64,000 bases of DNA, from positions 1 through 64,000 of the forward strand of contig JAAILG010001594.1 in assembly GCA_012026655.1 (NCBI GenBank). Direction: 5' to 3'. The notes below the pieces were generated by a model that searched no databases, was not told the DNA's origin, and saw only the letters and a list, made by a program, of their open reading frames with translations. Positions 24,471-36,504 of the stretch are shown in pieces (within the stretch, counting starts at the first letter, position 1; every line of letters starts with the position of its first letter). A program made the position numbers and the translations under genes. The DNA is from Hydrolagus affinis (Eukaryota).

Positions 24471-26451
24471 ACCCCACACTGGAATACACTTTGAGTAATC
24501 ACTGACACCAAACAGCAGCCTGTTTGAGTTAAATGGTGTGTAGAACCAGGAGTTGGCCATTTAGCCCCTGAAGCCTGTTTCGCCATTCTATAAGATCATG
24601 GCTGATCTGCACTTGAAGTGCAATTACCCGCCTTTGCCCCATATCCCCTAATAACCTGAGTTAACAAGTCAGGGTACACGGTACTGGTGCAGGTCTGCGC
24701 CAGTCACGGTTAGATCAAACTTGTTTGTTCGGGGTGGAATGCTGACTTGTCTCCCCTCCTCACCCCTTCATTTGTATCCAGTGTGTGGGATTCCAGCCGA
24801 TTGATTCCTCGTCAAAGAGGTTTCTGTGGAAATAAACCGAACAGACTCCAGTCCACTGTGCAACAAATTGTGATGGGTTTAAAACAGGAAACTTTACACG
24901 CAGGGTTTTTGAACTATGGGATTCTCGGGCAACAAACCTTTGCTGAGGCAATCCATACATTTTGAATGAGAATTAAACAGAATGCATGGGTGTAAAAACA
25001 CAAATATTAAATGGTGCGAGTAGGAGACTAGGATTTGACTGGTTCTTGTAGACCCCAGTGTGACTGGATGTGTCAAACGGCATATTTCTGTGCTGTAACA
25101 TTATATTGTTCGTTAGAAGACTTGCTATCTTCCAGTGACCTTTTGATACTGTGTATAACTTTCTGCCATTTTTATCCAGTCCCAGATTTCCATAACGAAA
25201 AGTCAGCATTTTCTCACAAAAATGTGCAGAATTGCCTCATTTTGCTTCCTTCCTATGAATAATCTGAATGCCCTGAAGTTAATATGGAACAGTCTGACAT
25301 AACAAATTGACACTAATTCCCCCCAAAGTCATCCAAAGCAATATGAAGAACCCTATTTACCTTTCTGGAAGGCCTGTTACAGAGAATTATATTTCTGCTT
25401 AGCCCTTGCTGTTGGCAGATTAGTTATCGATGGATTACTATCTACTTTTAACACTGGTTAAGAAAACAAGCCTTTAGCAGCAAGACACTATTCTGCTCAA
25501 GTAAGTAGACAGAATATTCTTTCCTGAGCTTGGTGTTTTCGTAACAACAACAGCAACATCAACAAAATGACATTGATAGAGCGCCTTTCACGTCGGGAGG
25601 ACATCCCAACGATAAACTTTTTGAAGCTGTTCAATGTTTATGTCTGAATTGAAGGTACCAGCTAGTTAAGATTGTGTGCAAGGCAAAATTAGGACAGCAT
25701 TTTGAATATGTTTCTTTATTTATTGAAACCCTTCGGCAATAAAGGATACCTGTACTTGTCAGAGTAGGAAATTGAGAACGCCGGGTGATTGAAAGTCGGC
25801 TTCGAATTCTCACCCTTCAATTGATTCTACCATTCGATTCCATCGCCCCCATACATGCATCAGATATTTATTGCAGCTGATGCGCGTTTTGAAAATGAAA
25901 TGAATTTTTTAAGTGTCAAAGTGCTTCCAATTTGTTTTGATGTCACTGTTCTCTAACTGCAAGGCGTGCAATAGTTGACCGTGTGGCATATGAGCTTAAC
26001 CTCGATACCTTTCTGAAATATTAGTATTCAAGCAATCAAGAGTGCTGCATTTTGCTGTGTGACTCACTATAGTTAGTGCTAAAGCAGTGACTTCAGCATA
26101 GAGCTTTTGTTTTGTAGGGAAGGGTTAATTATCCTGCGATCTCTCTGGAGACTAAATGTTCTCCGAATTCAATCTCTGGCTGTAACTAAACGCTGACCAA
26201 TTGAAGTTTATTTATCGATCTCTTGAGAGCAGAATTTTTCTTCCAACTTTAACAGTACGAAAGATTGTTTATGGAAAATATCTCTCGCTGAATATTACGA
26301 TGCACTTTTAGGAAATGGAAGTTGTTTAAAAATGTGGTCAGTTAAAAAAAAATATTTTATTTTTTGTCTGGTTTCCAATTGATTTTTCAGGGCACGAGGA
26401 TACCATTTAGTACCATTTTAGTTGGAGTTTGTTTACTTTTAATACATTGTA

Positions 26452-27245
26452 TGAGGGATGCCCCAAAAGTAACGCCTCCTATTTATTTTGTAAGTGGTAC
26501 AGTATTGAAAACCATACACAAGGTAGTATTTTTTGTGTCCCGCCACTGCTGTGAGAGTTCGCTGCTCAGATAAATGCACGGAGCAGCAGTTCAAAGTGGC
26601 ATTCTTAGCATCGATACACGTACTAAGGAGAAAACAGTAATTGAATTTGTGACAGCTGAGGAGGTTTCACAGATTGGGATTTGCTGTCAGCCGATGAAAG
26701 TGTGCAAGCACTTAGGGATTGCTGCGAGCGCTGTGAGACCCTGGGCAAATCGTGTGAAAAGTGGAGAAATTCAACCTCAAGTGGACAAGCTTCAAAAGTG
26801 ACAATATTCTGAAAAATGTCATTTGTCAATGGCTCCTTAACACCGACACATCATTCGACAGTGATACCGGCACTGGGTTTCACATTAGCGAAAGTGTTTA
26901 GATCGAATTGTTCGGATCTGGAATCCCTGAAAAGGTTGTGGAAGCCAATTCGATAATAACTTTTAAGGGAGAAGTAGATAGTTATTTGTGGAGAGCAGGT
27001 TTGGGCAGGGAGAGCCCAAACTCTTCTTAAAGAGCCGGCTCAGGCATGAGGGCCAAATAGCCTCCTTCTGTGCTGTATAATTCTGTGATTCATGATGTTG
27101 ACTTTGGTGGAGAACTAATGGCACTTTCGTATTTTAAAACAAAAAACAGCTACATTTGTTTGTGTTAAATTTTGTAAGTTAACAAATTGAAGTATTTTTA
27201 AACAAAATAAAAAAGGAGACATTACTCTTGGGGGCATCCCTGGGG
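26452..27245 (+). mobile_element. Internally deleted mariner element with a transposase N-terminal relic
   Basis: Left TIR TA|TGAGGGATGCCCCAAAAGTAACGCCTCCT and right TIR AGGAGACATTACTCTTGGGGGCATCCCT. ORF 26574-26801 (KTVIEFVTAEEVSQIGI...AVRPWANRVKSGE) resembles the mariner HTH N-terminus (QRAVIEFL.AE...V.RW...FK.G). Confidence 0.8.
26915..27092 (+). mobile_element. CR1-type LINE 3' end inserted within the mariner element
   Basis: Contains the typical CR1 ORF2 end (GTGGAAGCCAATTCGATAATAACTTTTAAGGGAGAAGTAGAT) and 3' tail GGGCCAAATAGCCTCCTTCTGTGCTGTATAATTCTGTGATTC. Confidence 0.7.
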
Positions 27246-27513
27246 TATTTCAATTTCCTTTGCTGCTTTGAAAATCTGAAACTGTTTGCAGGAATGTATC
27301 TGTACGTTTCTACTTCCGTGATATGGTGTTGAATTTTTCAACAGTTTACCGAATCCAAGCTTACTTTCATTTGGAAAAGACTAGTTTTGTTTGAAAACAT
27401 CTGGAGGTTTTGGTTTACAGAATGCTGCTATTTTGGTTTTGTGGCAGTCCTTACACAAGATATTTTTTGCTTTATCGGCTGCTGTATTAATCCCCCATTT
27501 CTTTCTCATTCAG

Positions 27514-27677
27514 GCTTTGTCCGCAGCAGATCTGAACCTGGTGTTGTACGTCTGCGAAACTGTCGACTCTCAGCAGGTGTTTGGTCAGCAGCCTTGTCCC
27601 CTGACCCAGCCCGTCTTACTTTCACTTATTCAACAGCTCTCCACTGACCTGATGTCCCGCACAGAGCTAAAATTGAG
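27514..27677 (+). CDS. EDC4: EDC4 penultimate coding exon (C-terminal Ge-1 domain)
   Basis: ALSAADLNLVLYVCETVD...QPVLLSLIQQL matches human. Boundaries cattcag / AG|gtaagg. Confidence 0.96.
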
Positions 27678-27759
27678 GTAAGGAACCGCCTAGGAAGTAC
27701 GGATGGTTTTCTCTCACGGTAACATTATATGATAATAACTGTCCGCATTCTCTCCTCAG

Positions 27760-27949
27760 TTATCTGGAGGAAGCTATCATGAATTTAGATGACACAGACC
27801 CCGTGGCTCGGGATCACATGGGCTCTGTGTTACATCAAGTCAGACAGAGACTCCACCAGTTCAACCAGGCAGAACCTCAGAGTAACACGAGTAAAAAAGC
27901 CCGACGACTTATGATGATGCTTCAAGGACTGGTGACTCCTTTAAGTTAA
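27760..27949 (+). CDS. EDC4: EDC4 last coding exon (SYLEEAIMNLD...GLVTPLS*)
   Basis: Matches human 'SYLEEAVMHLD...RDHMGSV...ARRL..ML.GLVTP'. TAA at 27947-27949. Preceded by an 82-nt intron. Confidence 0.96.
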
Positions 27950-28770
27950 GCCTTCACCTGTGACTGATAGTACGTCTAACATCTGTAAAGACTTGCATTA
28001 TAATTATACAAATCACATAACTGTATGTTACTAATTAGCCTTGCGTACAAAGCTCTAAGGATTACAACATTAATGTCTCGTGTGTTTAAAGAAATGTTTG
28101 AAGTCCATGTTTGGAATGATTGACTGGTTAATACTGACCTAATCTAAGATGCTTCACACGTTATCTCTCATCTTTCTTCTAAATGCAGTTGGCCTATTTT
28201 GTCTGGCTCTCCATTCTATTGTTAGACATGGGTTAAAACACAGCCTGTATGTGCAAAACTTATTATTTCCCAGCAGCATTTGTGAAGCAGTTGAGGCTTA
28301 AATGTCTCGCCAAACGCAACAAAGTGAGGTTTGCATAGTCTGAAACAAATATACATATTTGTAAGTGTCCGAAGAACAAGTTTTCGTTCCAGTTTAATTT
28401 CTTAAGTAGCCACGAAAAGAGCATTTAGTTCTGAAGGTCTGGCCTGAGAGCTGTAGAGCTCAATAGAAGCTTCAGATGTGAAACGAGCATCAAAAAAATA
28501 TATATTTTCAAAATACTTCAAATTAATGTTGGACAGTTATTTCTTGAAATATCGGCAGAGGAACATGTGTATGTTTACATCATGTTGGTTTTGAAAGAAA
28601 GGAAAATAAATCCTAAAATGGAAAAGTCTGGGATTCCCGTTTATTTGTGTTTAGTGCATAATGTTCTTGAGCATTTACTATTTTTGTTGTTTTTATTTTA
28701 CATTACGATTCCTTTTTATCTCGAAGGTATGAAAACTCCCTGTTTTGGATAATGTTTAAAAAAAAAGTTC

Positions 28771-28776
28771 AATAAA
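28771..28776 (+). terminator. Probable EDC4 polyadenylation signal
   Basis: AATAAA about 820 nt after the stop, following a U-rich stretch, with GT-rich sequence (gggtgtccttg) about 20-30 nt downstream. Another AATAAA lies at 28605. Confidence 0.55.
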
Positions 28777-30944
28777 AAGACTTTTCAGAAAATATCTGGG
28801 TGTCCTTGAATCATTAGCATGGATTTAACCGTATTTTTCACAAAACACTTCATGTCAGAAACCATTTCCACATTTGGTTCACCAGCCCACATTAACCGCT
28901 TTTTGGTGACACTTTGGTGATTTTCTCTTTGGTTTGTGCTTACGATAGTTCGATCAAATGTTACAACTTTGGAGGAAGTATTTGTACTCATACTGTGATG
29001 TTTAAAATAAATGCAGGACTTCGAACCGTTTTAGTAACTGGATTAGAGAATCGAGTAAATACTTTCGCGTGGATGTGTTTAGAGCAGGTATTGTAGAAAA
29101 TGTTATGGGTTTGAAAAAAAAGTGTTTTTTAAGTCCGCTTTTGGAAAATTGACAGATGATTTTAAACATTCTCAAACAAGAAACATAGAAGTTTACAGTG
29201 TAACAAGAGGGAGACCATTCATCCCGTCAAGTCACAGAGCATTCTGTTTGGAAACCAGCTGTTTTGCAGTCACTTCCTGGAGACCAGGGTCTTGACTGCC
29301 GGACCCACACAGTGAGGTTGAGAGGCCAGTGTTTGCTTCTACTTGGTCTGATTTTCACTTTGCCGACCATCATGTTCATAAGAAATGCTAGACGTAAAAA
29401 CACCAATGTTCATCTAGTTTGCCTTCCACCTTCCTGGCAGTCGCCTGCATGTATGTCCTGTACTACCTATGTACTATATCCCATAGTCTTATTTCCTAAA
29501 AGAAAACTAATCTGTGTTTGAAGGAATCAATACTTTTCGCCCACTTGGCTCCTCCACCCGCTTCCCCATATGTAAACCTGCCAGGCCCACTCCGACAATA
29601 TATCTCAAGAGCACAAAGTCAGTCTCCTTGAAATTCAATCGTGTTGTTTGGGTTTTTATAACCTCACGGATCCTTGTGATGTCAATTGTGATTGCACTGT
29701 GATAGCTGTTGCTTAATGCTACTCCCACCTTTATGTTGGAGATTTGATTGTCCCTGACACTCATTATCAATGTGGTTATAACTTCTAAAGGTGTCAAAGG
29801 CATTACTTAACCGGACTTGTTCCTGTTGTATCTTGTTTGACCGGTATGTAAACTTCCGGATGATTTGCATAGTCCAACTTGATCCCTAATTTCCAAGACT
29901 TCAAATAATCTTATTTAATAGGGTAAGCTTTAAGCTTCTCTGATAAGTCCCACTCAAATAGATAAAGTCAGTGGACTTATCAGTGAAGTTTGCAAATCGC
30001 AGTTACCAAGGCAAACGAGTACTGCTTACGTCTGTTGTTCCATGTGATGTTTTATATTTTCGGGAGTCTTGAGGTGGCAAGCATCTTACAAGATTGATTA
30101 ATTCTAGTGAAGGTACCTGATGGGTTGACAGCTTAACATAATACTGTAATAATAATAATAATCCTTGCATTTGACATAGAGCTTTTCACATCTTCTAGAT
30201 GTCTCAAAGCGCTTCACAGAATATACTGTGAAATGAATTGTCTGTATATTTTGTGGGCGAAACTGTCAATTGCAACCCTCTTCCCGCACAGCGTTGTGCT
30301 TTACTTCTGAGTTGGGGTATTGTAAAACGCCATGTCCAGGGGAAATAAGGGCAAATTACTCTTTTGGTTATTTCGCTATATTTTTAACACACTTTAACCA
30401 GGTGCTCTTTCTAATGACTAATCCTATTAACTGCGTACATAGTTAAATCCATTAAATTCACTGGACCGAGCAGGCAGCATCAAAAAATGTAGTAAACCCA
30501 TTACAGTGGTTGCGGTATTGTGTATTGATTCTCTATTCTATTTTAGTGAATGTTCCCTCTCGGATCTTGTATAAAATTACAGGAAACATCTAGTGGCACT
30601 AAAAAACATAGAAAAGGATGCATCATAGACCTGTTGGAAAAATGATACGACAGTATAATCTGATTTGCGCAATGAGGGCTCAAAGAATGATCAAAAAGAG
30701 GCTGAGATGTCTTCAGAGAGCCATTCTACAACACTGTACTTTATTTCACTCATTTGCATGTGTTACTGGTATGATCAAAGGATTTGAGGCATGCCATTCG
30801 GGACTCCAGATTGGCTGGTATCGGGAGCACTGGAATGAGTTGAGTGCAACCAAACATACAAATACACACATTTCTGTATCGGGAGAGTCACCACGAGAGG
30901 AACCCGGTTGTTAGTAGTTTGGCGGATTGTTTTTGTGGGGGGGA

Positions 30945-31145
30945 TGATAATCGCTCAAGAAAAAAAAGCAATGATAATTTGGTCACTTAATCCATGACTG
31001 TTTGTGGGACACTGCTGTGCGTAACTGACTGCCGTGTTTCGCCCACATATGTACAGTCAATTCACTTTACAGTATATTCTGTGAAGCGCTTTGAGACATC
31101 TGCAAGATGTGAAAAGTGCTTTTATCAAATGCTTATGATTATTAA
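30945..31145 (+). mobile_element. tRNA-SINE, 5'-truncated
   Basis: Body and tail of the dominant SINE family. Confidence 0.85.
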
Positions 31146-31570
31146 TATTACCTGTTTAATAGCTAAAGCTTGAAATGAAGGTGTTTGCTGAGAAACCAAT
31201 ACACATACTTGATGGGAGTTGGCTATAGGTGAATTAGAAGACAGTAAATAATCAAATTCAAAGGTCAAGTGACAAAGTTACATCAAAACTTGAGTAGCTT
31301 TTGTGCTTTATCTGAACCCCTCAATTGTATTATGTCCAGCAATTGAAATAAACAGATAAGTGGCTTTTGGTTATGCAGTTGCTAACAATCATTTGGATTA
31401 ACAATTTCATTAAATAATAATAATAATCCTTGCGTTTGATATAGCGAATTCCTACACCAGGGTTCAGTTTATCTGCCGTTTCACCAGACTGGGAGGCTGT
31501 TTGAGTTTGTCACTCCTCTGCCCCACATTCCACCCAATACGCCGAGTTTTCAGCGATCACTTGGGCGTCT

Positions 31571-31633
31571 CCTCGTCCACACGCTTGTGCATTCTCCTCT
31601 TCCACACGCTTGTGCATTCTCCTCGTCCACACG
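31571..31633. repeat. 25-bp tandem repeat, about 2.5 copies
   Basis: Unit CCTC(G/T)TCCACACGCTTGTGCATTCT. Confidence 0.9.
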
Positions 31634-31912
31634 ACCGCTCGTGTTACTTTCCAACTCCTGGGTGTGCAACACATTGACTGAACGACTCCCCTTTTGGATG
31701 GCAAAGGAATTCTCCCCCTCCATTGGCTTACCTCTCCCGTACACCTCGTTGCTCTGGTATATTTGTCATTTGTCCTCAGAACTAGCCCACCCTCCCTTGG
31801 TTTATAAAACGCAGAGTCGTGGCAAGTTTGCCTCTTTTCATTCCGACAAATGCGAAGCCAGCAACCTTGCGTGCCAGGGTGCTCAAGAGTGGGAGCCATG
31901 CAAGCTGAATAC

Positions 31913-32212
31913 TAATAATCCTTGAATTTGATGTAGCGCTTTTCACGTCTTCTAGACATCTCAAAGTGCTTCACAGCTAATATACTGTAAAGCGAATTGA
32001 CTGTGTATTTTGTGGGCGAAATGCGGCAGCTATTTGCGCACAGCAGCGTCCCACAAACAGTCGTGGTTTGAAATGACCAATTTATTATTCGCTTTTTTGA
32101 GGGATGATTATCAGGCGTGTGGAGTAAGGAAACTTGCCCAAGGTTTCATCCTGCCTGGAACCCAGATCTCTCACTTGCAAGACAAGTGCTCTAACCACTG
32201 AGCTAAAAGGAC
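31913..32212 (-). mobile_element. tRNA-SINE, near full length
   Basis: Runs from tail to A box (CTCTAACCACTGAGCTA) in reverse orientation. Confidence 0.88.
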
Positions 32213-33278
32213 TCCACGTTAACTATTAGAAGGTGATTCGCTGGGACAAGTTGTGATGTACTTCTCACTGTTGTCTTCTCTTCTGGGTTTTAAAATGAAT
32301 ATATGATATTTGCATATTCCTGGAAGAGTTAAGATGTCTGCCTGGGACTTTCACAAAAGGATAAAGTTAACGGGTTTAACTACTCTTTTAAGACAATATA
32401 GACATAACATTAATGAAGAGTACCAACTTAGTCATGGAATTAATTGTGTGCCTGTATTTGTCAGTGGGAACGATGTGTGTTCTGAAATGGTAGCAACGCA
32501 TAATATTGGAATAATAACAAGGCTCTGTACACATGAATCATATGAAAGTACCTGATATCCTGCTGCATAATTTGAATAAAGCAGAATGGGTATAACCTTG
32601 CCAGATTTCTACAAGAAACTAACTTGACCAATGATTACTGTTACCAAATGGAAACGATCGCTACAGAAACAAAACCACTGCTGTGTGTTGAACGCAGGAA
32701 TCTGAATCCAGAGGATGAACAAAAAGAGCTATTTAGGCACCAGAGGAGTTCTTGACTATCAAAGGTCAAAGCAGCGACATGTCCATTACACTGGAGTACA
32801 TTCCTCAAAGGAAGGAGACTGATATACTGTACTGTGACGTCCTGCGTAATATATAACCGCAATGCGGGCTGCGTGATAAAGGCACTGAAAACGGGGTCCT
32901 TGACATGTCCAGTGGACCTTGCAAAAGTGAAATAACACCTTTATTTAACGGAGAAGTTGTGCCCCGAGTCACCACAGAGTTAAAATGATACTGGCGCGGG
33001 AAGGACACCTGTTCCATTGATATCCTTGCACTCTGTGTACAAGTAACTGAATACAGTAAAATTCACATCAGTCATATTAGTCAGGATCATAACAACATTG
33101 ATATAACTTAATAAAGTGTGAGTTGCAGGCAAACTGTATAAATCATAGAAAATCTGATTTAATCAGTAATCTACACTGCGAGTGCATGATTTAATACAGC
33201 CAGTGAGTGCATATGTGATAGTTCTTCTCTCCAGCCTGTAAGTGGTACATTTGGTGATGGGTCAAGGCTATGTGGAGT

Positions 33279-33590
33279 TCTGTAGCTCAATGGTTAGAGC
33301 ACTCGCCTTACAAGCGTGAGACCTGTGTTCGAATCCAGGTAGATCAGGACGAAACCTTGGGCAAGTTTCCTTACTCCACACGCCTAATAATAACCCCTCC
33401 AAAAAAACATAATAATAAAATTTGTCATTTCAATCCATGACTGTTTGTGGGACACTGCTGTGAGCAATTGGCTGCCGCATTTCGCCCATAAATGTACAGT
33501 CAATTCACGTAACAGTCTGTGAAGCACTTTGAGACGTCTAGAAGACATGAATATCAAATGCTAAATCAAATGCAAGGATTATTAGTATTA
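33279..33590 (+). mobile_element. tRNA-SINE, full length with intact A and B boxes
   Basis: TGTAGCTCAATGGTTAGAGC...GTTCGAATCC followed by the family body and tail. Confidence 0.9.
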
Positions 33591-35869
33591 TGTTTATTAG
33601 GCCTGTGGAGTAAGGAAATTTACCCAAATTATGGTACGCTACTGTACTTAGTGATGAATGTTAGAATCGCGTTGAATTCCTGCAAATTAAATTCTGCGCA
33701 TGCGGTGATGGTTCCCTACTGCATTTCACACAATTCATTACGAGTGAGGAGATGATGAATACAAATAGTGCAAAGAAATCTTAAGTGTTTTTGATAGGAA
33801 ATCATATGGGACTCCGATGAATGTACAAGTTGGGGGATTATACAATTTATAAAACTAAGACTTATACACGGTTTACTGTAATTGGCACTGCTGACCTCAC
33901 ACCTATCCATACATTAAGTGTAGCCCTCTACATTTTCCACTCAAGTTGAAATCCCTGATGGATAGAAAACCAGAAGATTTAAAGCCTAAACTTGACAAGC
34001 TGCGATCTCCTGGGGATGATTTCTTGTTTTATGGAAGTAGCTGGGATGAATTAGGCTTTGTAGTGTATTAGTTCAATTCATGCGTATTTGCTATATGAAA
34101 ATTATGTTCGGGCATATAACGCAACAGCAGAGAATCATTCCAGTGTTAACTAATGTCATTCCTGTTTTGCAAAATACGTGCTGCCGTCTTACAGCTGTGA
34201 GGGTAGCCGGAGGGGTGGGGGCTGTGGATCGATGAGACGGTTAAGTTGACCATTATGCTATTGTACCTGTATGTGTTTTGCCCATAATGGAAAGTTTCTG
34301 ATCATTTGCACTGCTGTGCCTTTCAGCGAAATTTTCTTGATTGTACTCATGTGATACTTATAACCTTGCTATAAACTGATATTTTCCTTATCTGATGTTA
34401 TGTAAGAAACAAAGCCAAAGAAGCAGTGGTGACGAGGTGGTGACGACTTACCTAATGTCAGCCGTGTAGAGAAAGAGTTCATTTGTTCGATGAGGAGTGA
34501 AAATGAGAAACGAGCATCTGTGAGACAAATCTGAGGGTCTCGTTAGAGTTGAAGGAAAGTCTTAAGTAAACAAATTAGGTCTAAATGAAGCCAGTGTAGC
34601 TCTTACTTGTTAGAGCAGACCTAGACTCCGTAACAACAACAGCCCCTCACGCAGGATCGCATCCCAGAGCGCTTAAGATAGTGTTCAACTTGGGAAGATA
34701 GTGCACTGAAGTCACTGTACCTCTGTTCTTCGGATCAGCTAACTGCCTTTTCTATACGTTTGATAATAAATTGTTGAACTAAGTCTCCGTGAGATTGATT
34801 CTCTGGTGTCGGAAACCACGAGACGCGATCTTTGGAGTCAACGTAGAGGTAAAGCGGCTTTTGATATCTTTTCATATCGTTTGATTAATGATGATTTCAT
34901 TAATTGTTTCATTAAAAGCACCTGATTCGGGAAACCAGGTCTGAATTTTCCTAAAATTATTAATACTTCCCTATAATTAGAATTATTATTATTATAATGG
35001 ACCAAGTGTTTAATGCAGTTTAGATTGATTTAGTGGTATTTCCATATCCAAAGTAGAATACGGCGTTTTCTTTGGTCAGCCGGGTGTCCGCCAAATGCGG
35101 AAACTCATCGACATGCTTAAGAGGATCCAAATCCAGCTGAGTATTCCCCACACATGGACACCACCTTCTGCCCCACTCTCTAGAACTCCCTCCCCTTACA
35201 CCCTGCCCACCGTCCCTTCCTTCCCCACCTGCCCTCCCCTTCCCCCTTTTATCCTGTGTCCTGGCCAACAATCCCCCCACCCCACATAAAACCGGTCCAT
35301 GGGTACATTGTTGCATGCAAACTGGCTCGCTCACAAAAGACGCAGTTACCACTCTTCGCGGTGTAACGCTTTGAAACGTCTCAATGACGTTGTAAGGCAT
35401 TATTATCAAACGCAGAGGGTATTATTATACACTGTAAACTGTCTGTGGGATATGCACCTTGGGGAATCTTGAGACAACAGGTTCACGTCTAGAAACCGCG
35501 GATCAACTGGCGACCCTACTCTGTAAACACCGGGATAGCACTAAAGAAAATAATCATTTGCTCATTTGAATCCACGGCTGTTTGTGGGACGCTGCCGCGC
35601 GCAATTGGCCGCCGCCTTTTCGCCCACAAATATACAGTCAACGCACTTTCCAGTCCATTCCGTGAAGCGCTTTGAGACGTCGAGAAAACGTGATAGGGCG
35701 TCATATCGAATGGGAGGGTAATTCTTCTTATTATTAATAATAATAGTACAGTAATGGTCGGTCGAATCTTATCAAATGCTTCCCGTGTGGATTTGGCAAT
35801 GAGAGGAGTTGGGGTTCAATCATTGCGAAATGAGATGTTATACAGTAATCAGCTCCAAAACGAAAGAAG

Positions 35870-36081
35870 CCAGACGAGTGGCTCTCTCTCTCTCTCCCTC
35901 CCTCCCTCTATGTGTGGAATGGCTCAGGGTGTAAGCAGTTGACTGAGAGGCGGGGTTGAGGTCTGACTGAAGCGGCTCCTGTGTTGGGAAGTGTTGAGTT
36001 GATCAGATCAGCACTTAGCAGTCAGTGAGTGACAGACATCCAGCCACCACTCTTTCACACACACTCACTCACTCACTCACA
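35870..36081 (+). promoter_or_regulatory. Putative NRN1L proximal promoter and 5' UTR
   Basis: CT tract at 35883-35908, GC-box-like GGCGGGG at 35949 and (CACT)n just before the ATG. CpG-enriched sequence lies upstream. Confidence 0.4.
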
Positions 36082-36124
36082 ATGGTCTCTCGTTTACGCT
36101 GCTTGTATTTCCTACTGTCCATTG
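36082..36124 (+). CDS. NRN1L: Neuritin 1-like exon 1 (signal peptide MVSRLRCLYFLLSI)
   Basis: ATG in good context (acaATGG), hydrophobic signal-peptide core and donor G|gtaagt. Phase 1 matches exon 2, giving MVSRLRCLYFLLSIAFVFNPAAAA. Confidence 0.75.
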
Positions 36125-36435
36125 GTAAGTCAAAAGCAACCAGATTCCTTCCTATTAATTCACTCAATCGATGTGTTTGTGAAGCAAAGAGAAAGTGTGC
36201 AATGTTGCTTCCAAGGCAAAGAAAAAGCGACATTGAAATAGACTTTTGTTTAAACGAATTGAATGTGAAAATTTCAGTGGATGGATATTGTTAGATGTGT
36301 ATTCAAAAACAAGTACACATGTGTATCTGGGGTGGGTGGTGGGTGGGCAGTGAACAGTATAAGTTTCCCTCGGGTTGCTGGGCTGGAGGTGATGAAATGA
36401 AGGTGTTCTCTTGATTGTATGCATTCGATGGGTCC

Positions 36436-36504
36436 AGAGAGAGAGATGGAGAGAGAGAGAGAGAGAGAGAGAAAAATAACTTGTCTTTAAGTGTGTGTGT
36501 GTGT
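36436..36504. repeat. (GA)n and (GT)n microsatellites in NRN1L intron 1
   Basis: Read directly from the sequence. Confidence 0.85.

Noticed and set aside
31510-31925. Repeats resembling a CRISPR array, and overlapping ORFs
   Set aside because: The units are directly tandem with no unique spacers, the context is eukaryotic and there are no cas genes.
33279-33350. tRNA gene-like sequence (also at 3560 and 45640-45705)
   Set aside because: Each continues directly into the SINE body and lacks a proper acceptor stem. These are SINE heads, not tRNA genes.
36110-36130. RE1/REST half-site (CTGTCCAT)
   Set aside because: The second half (GGTGCTGA) is absent, and the sequence is explained by coding and donor constraints.
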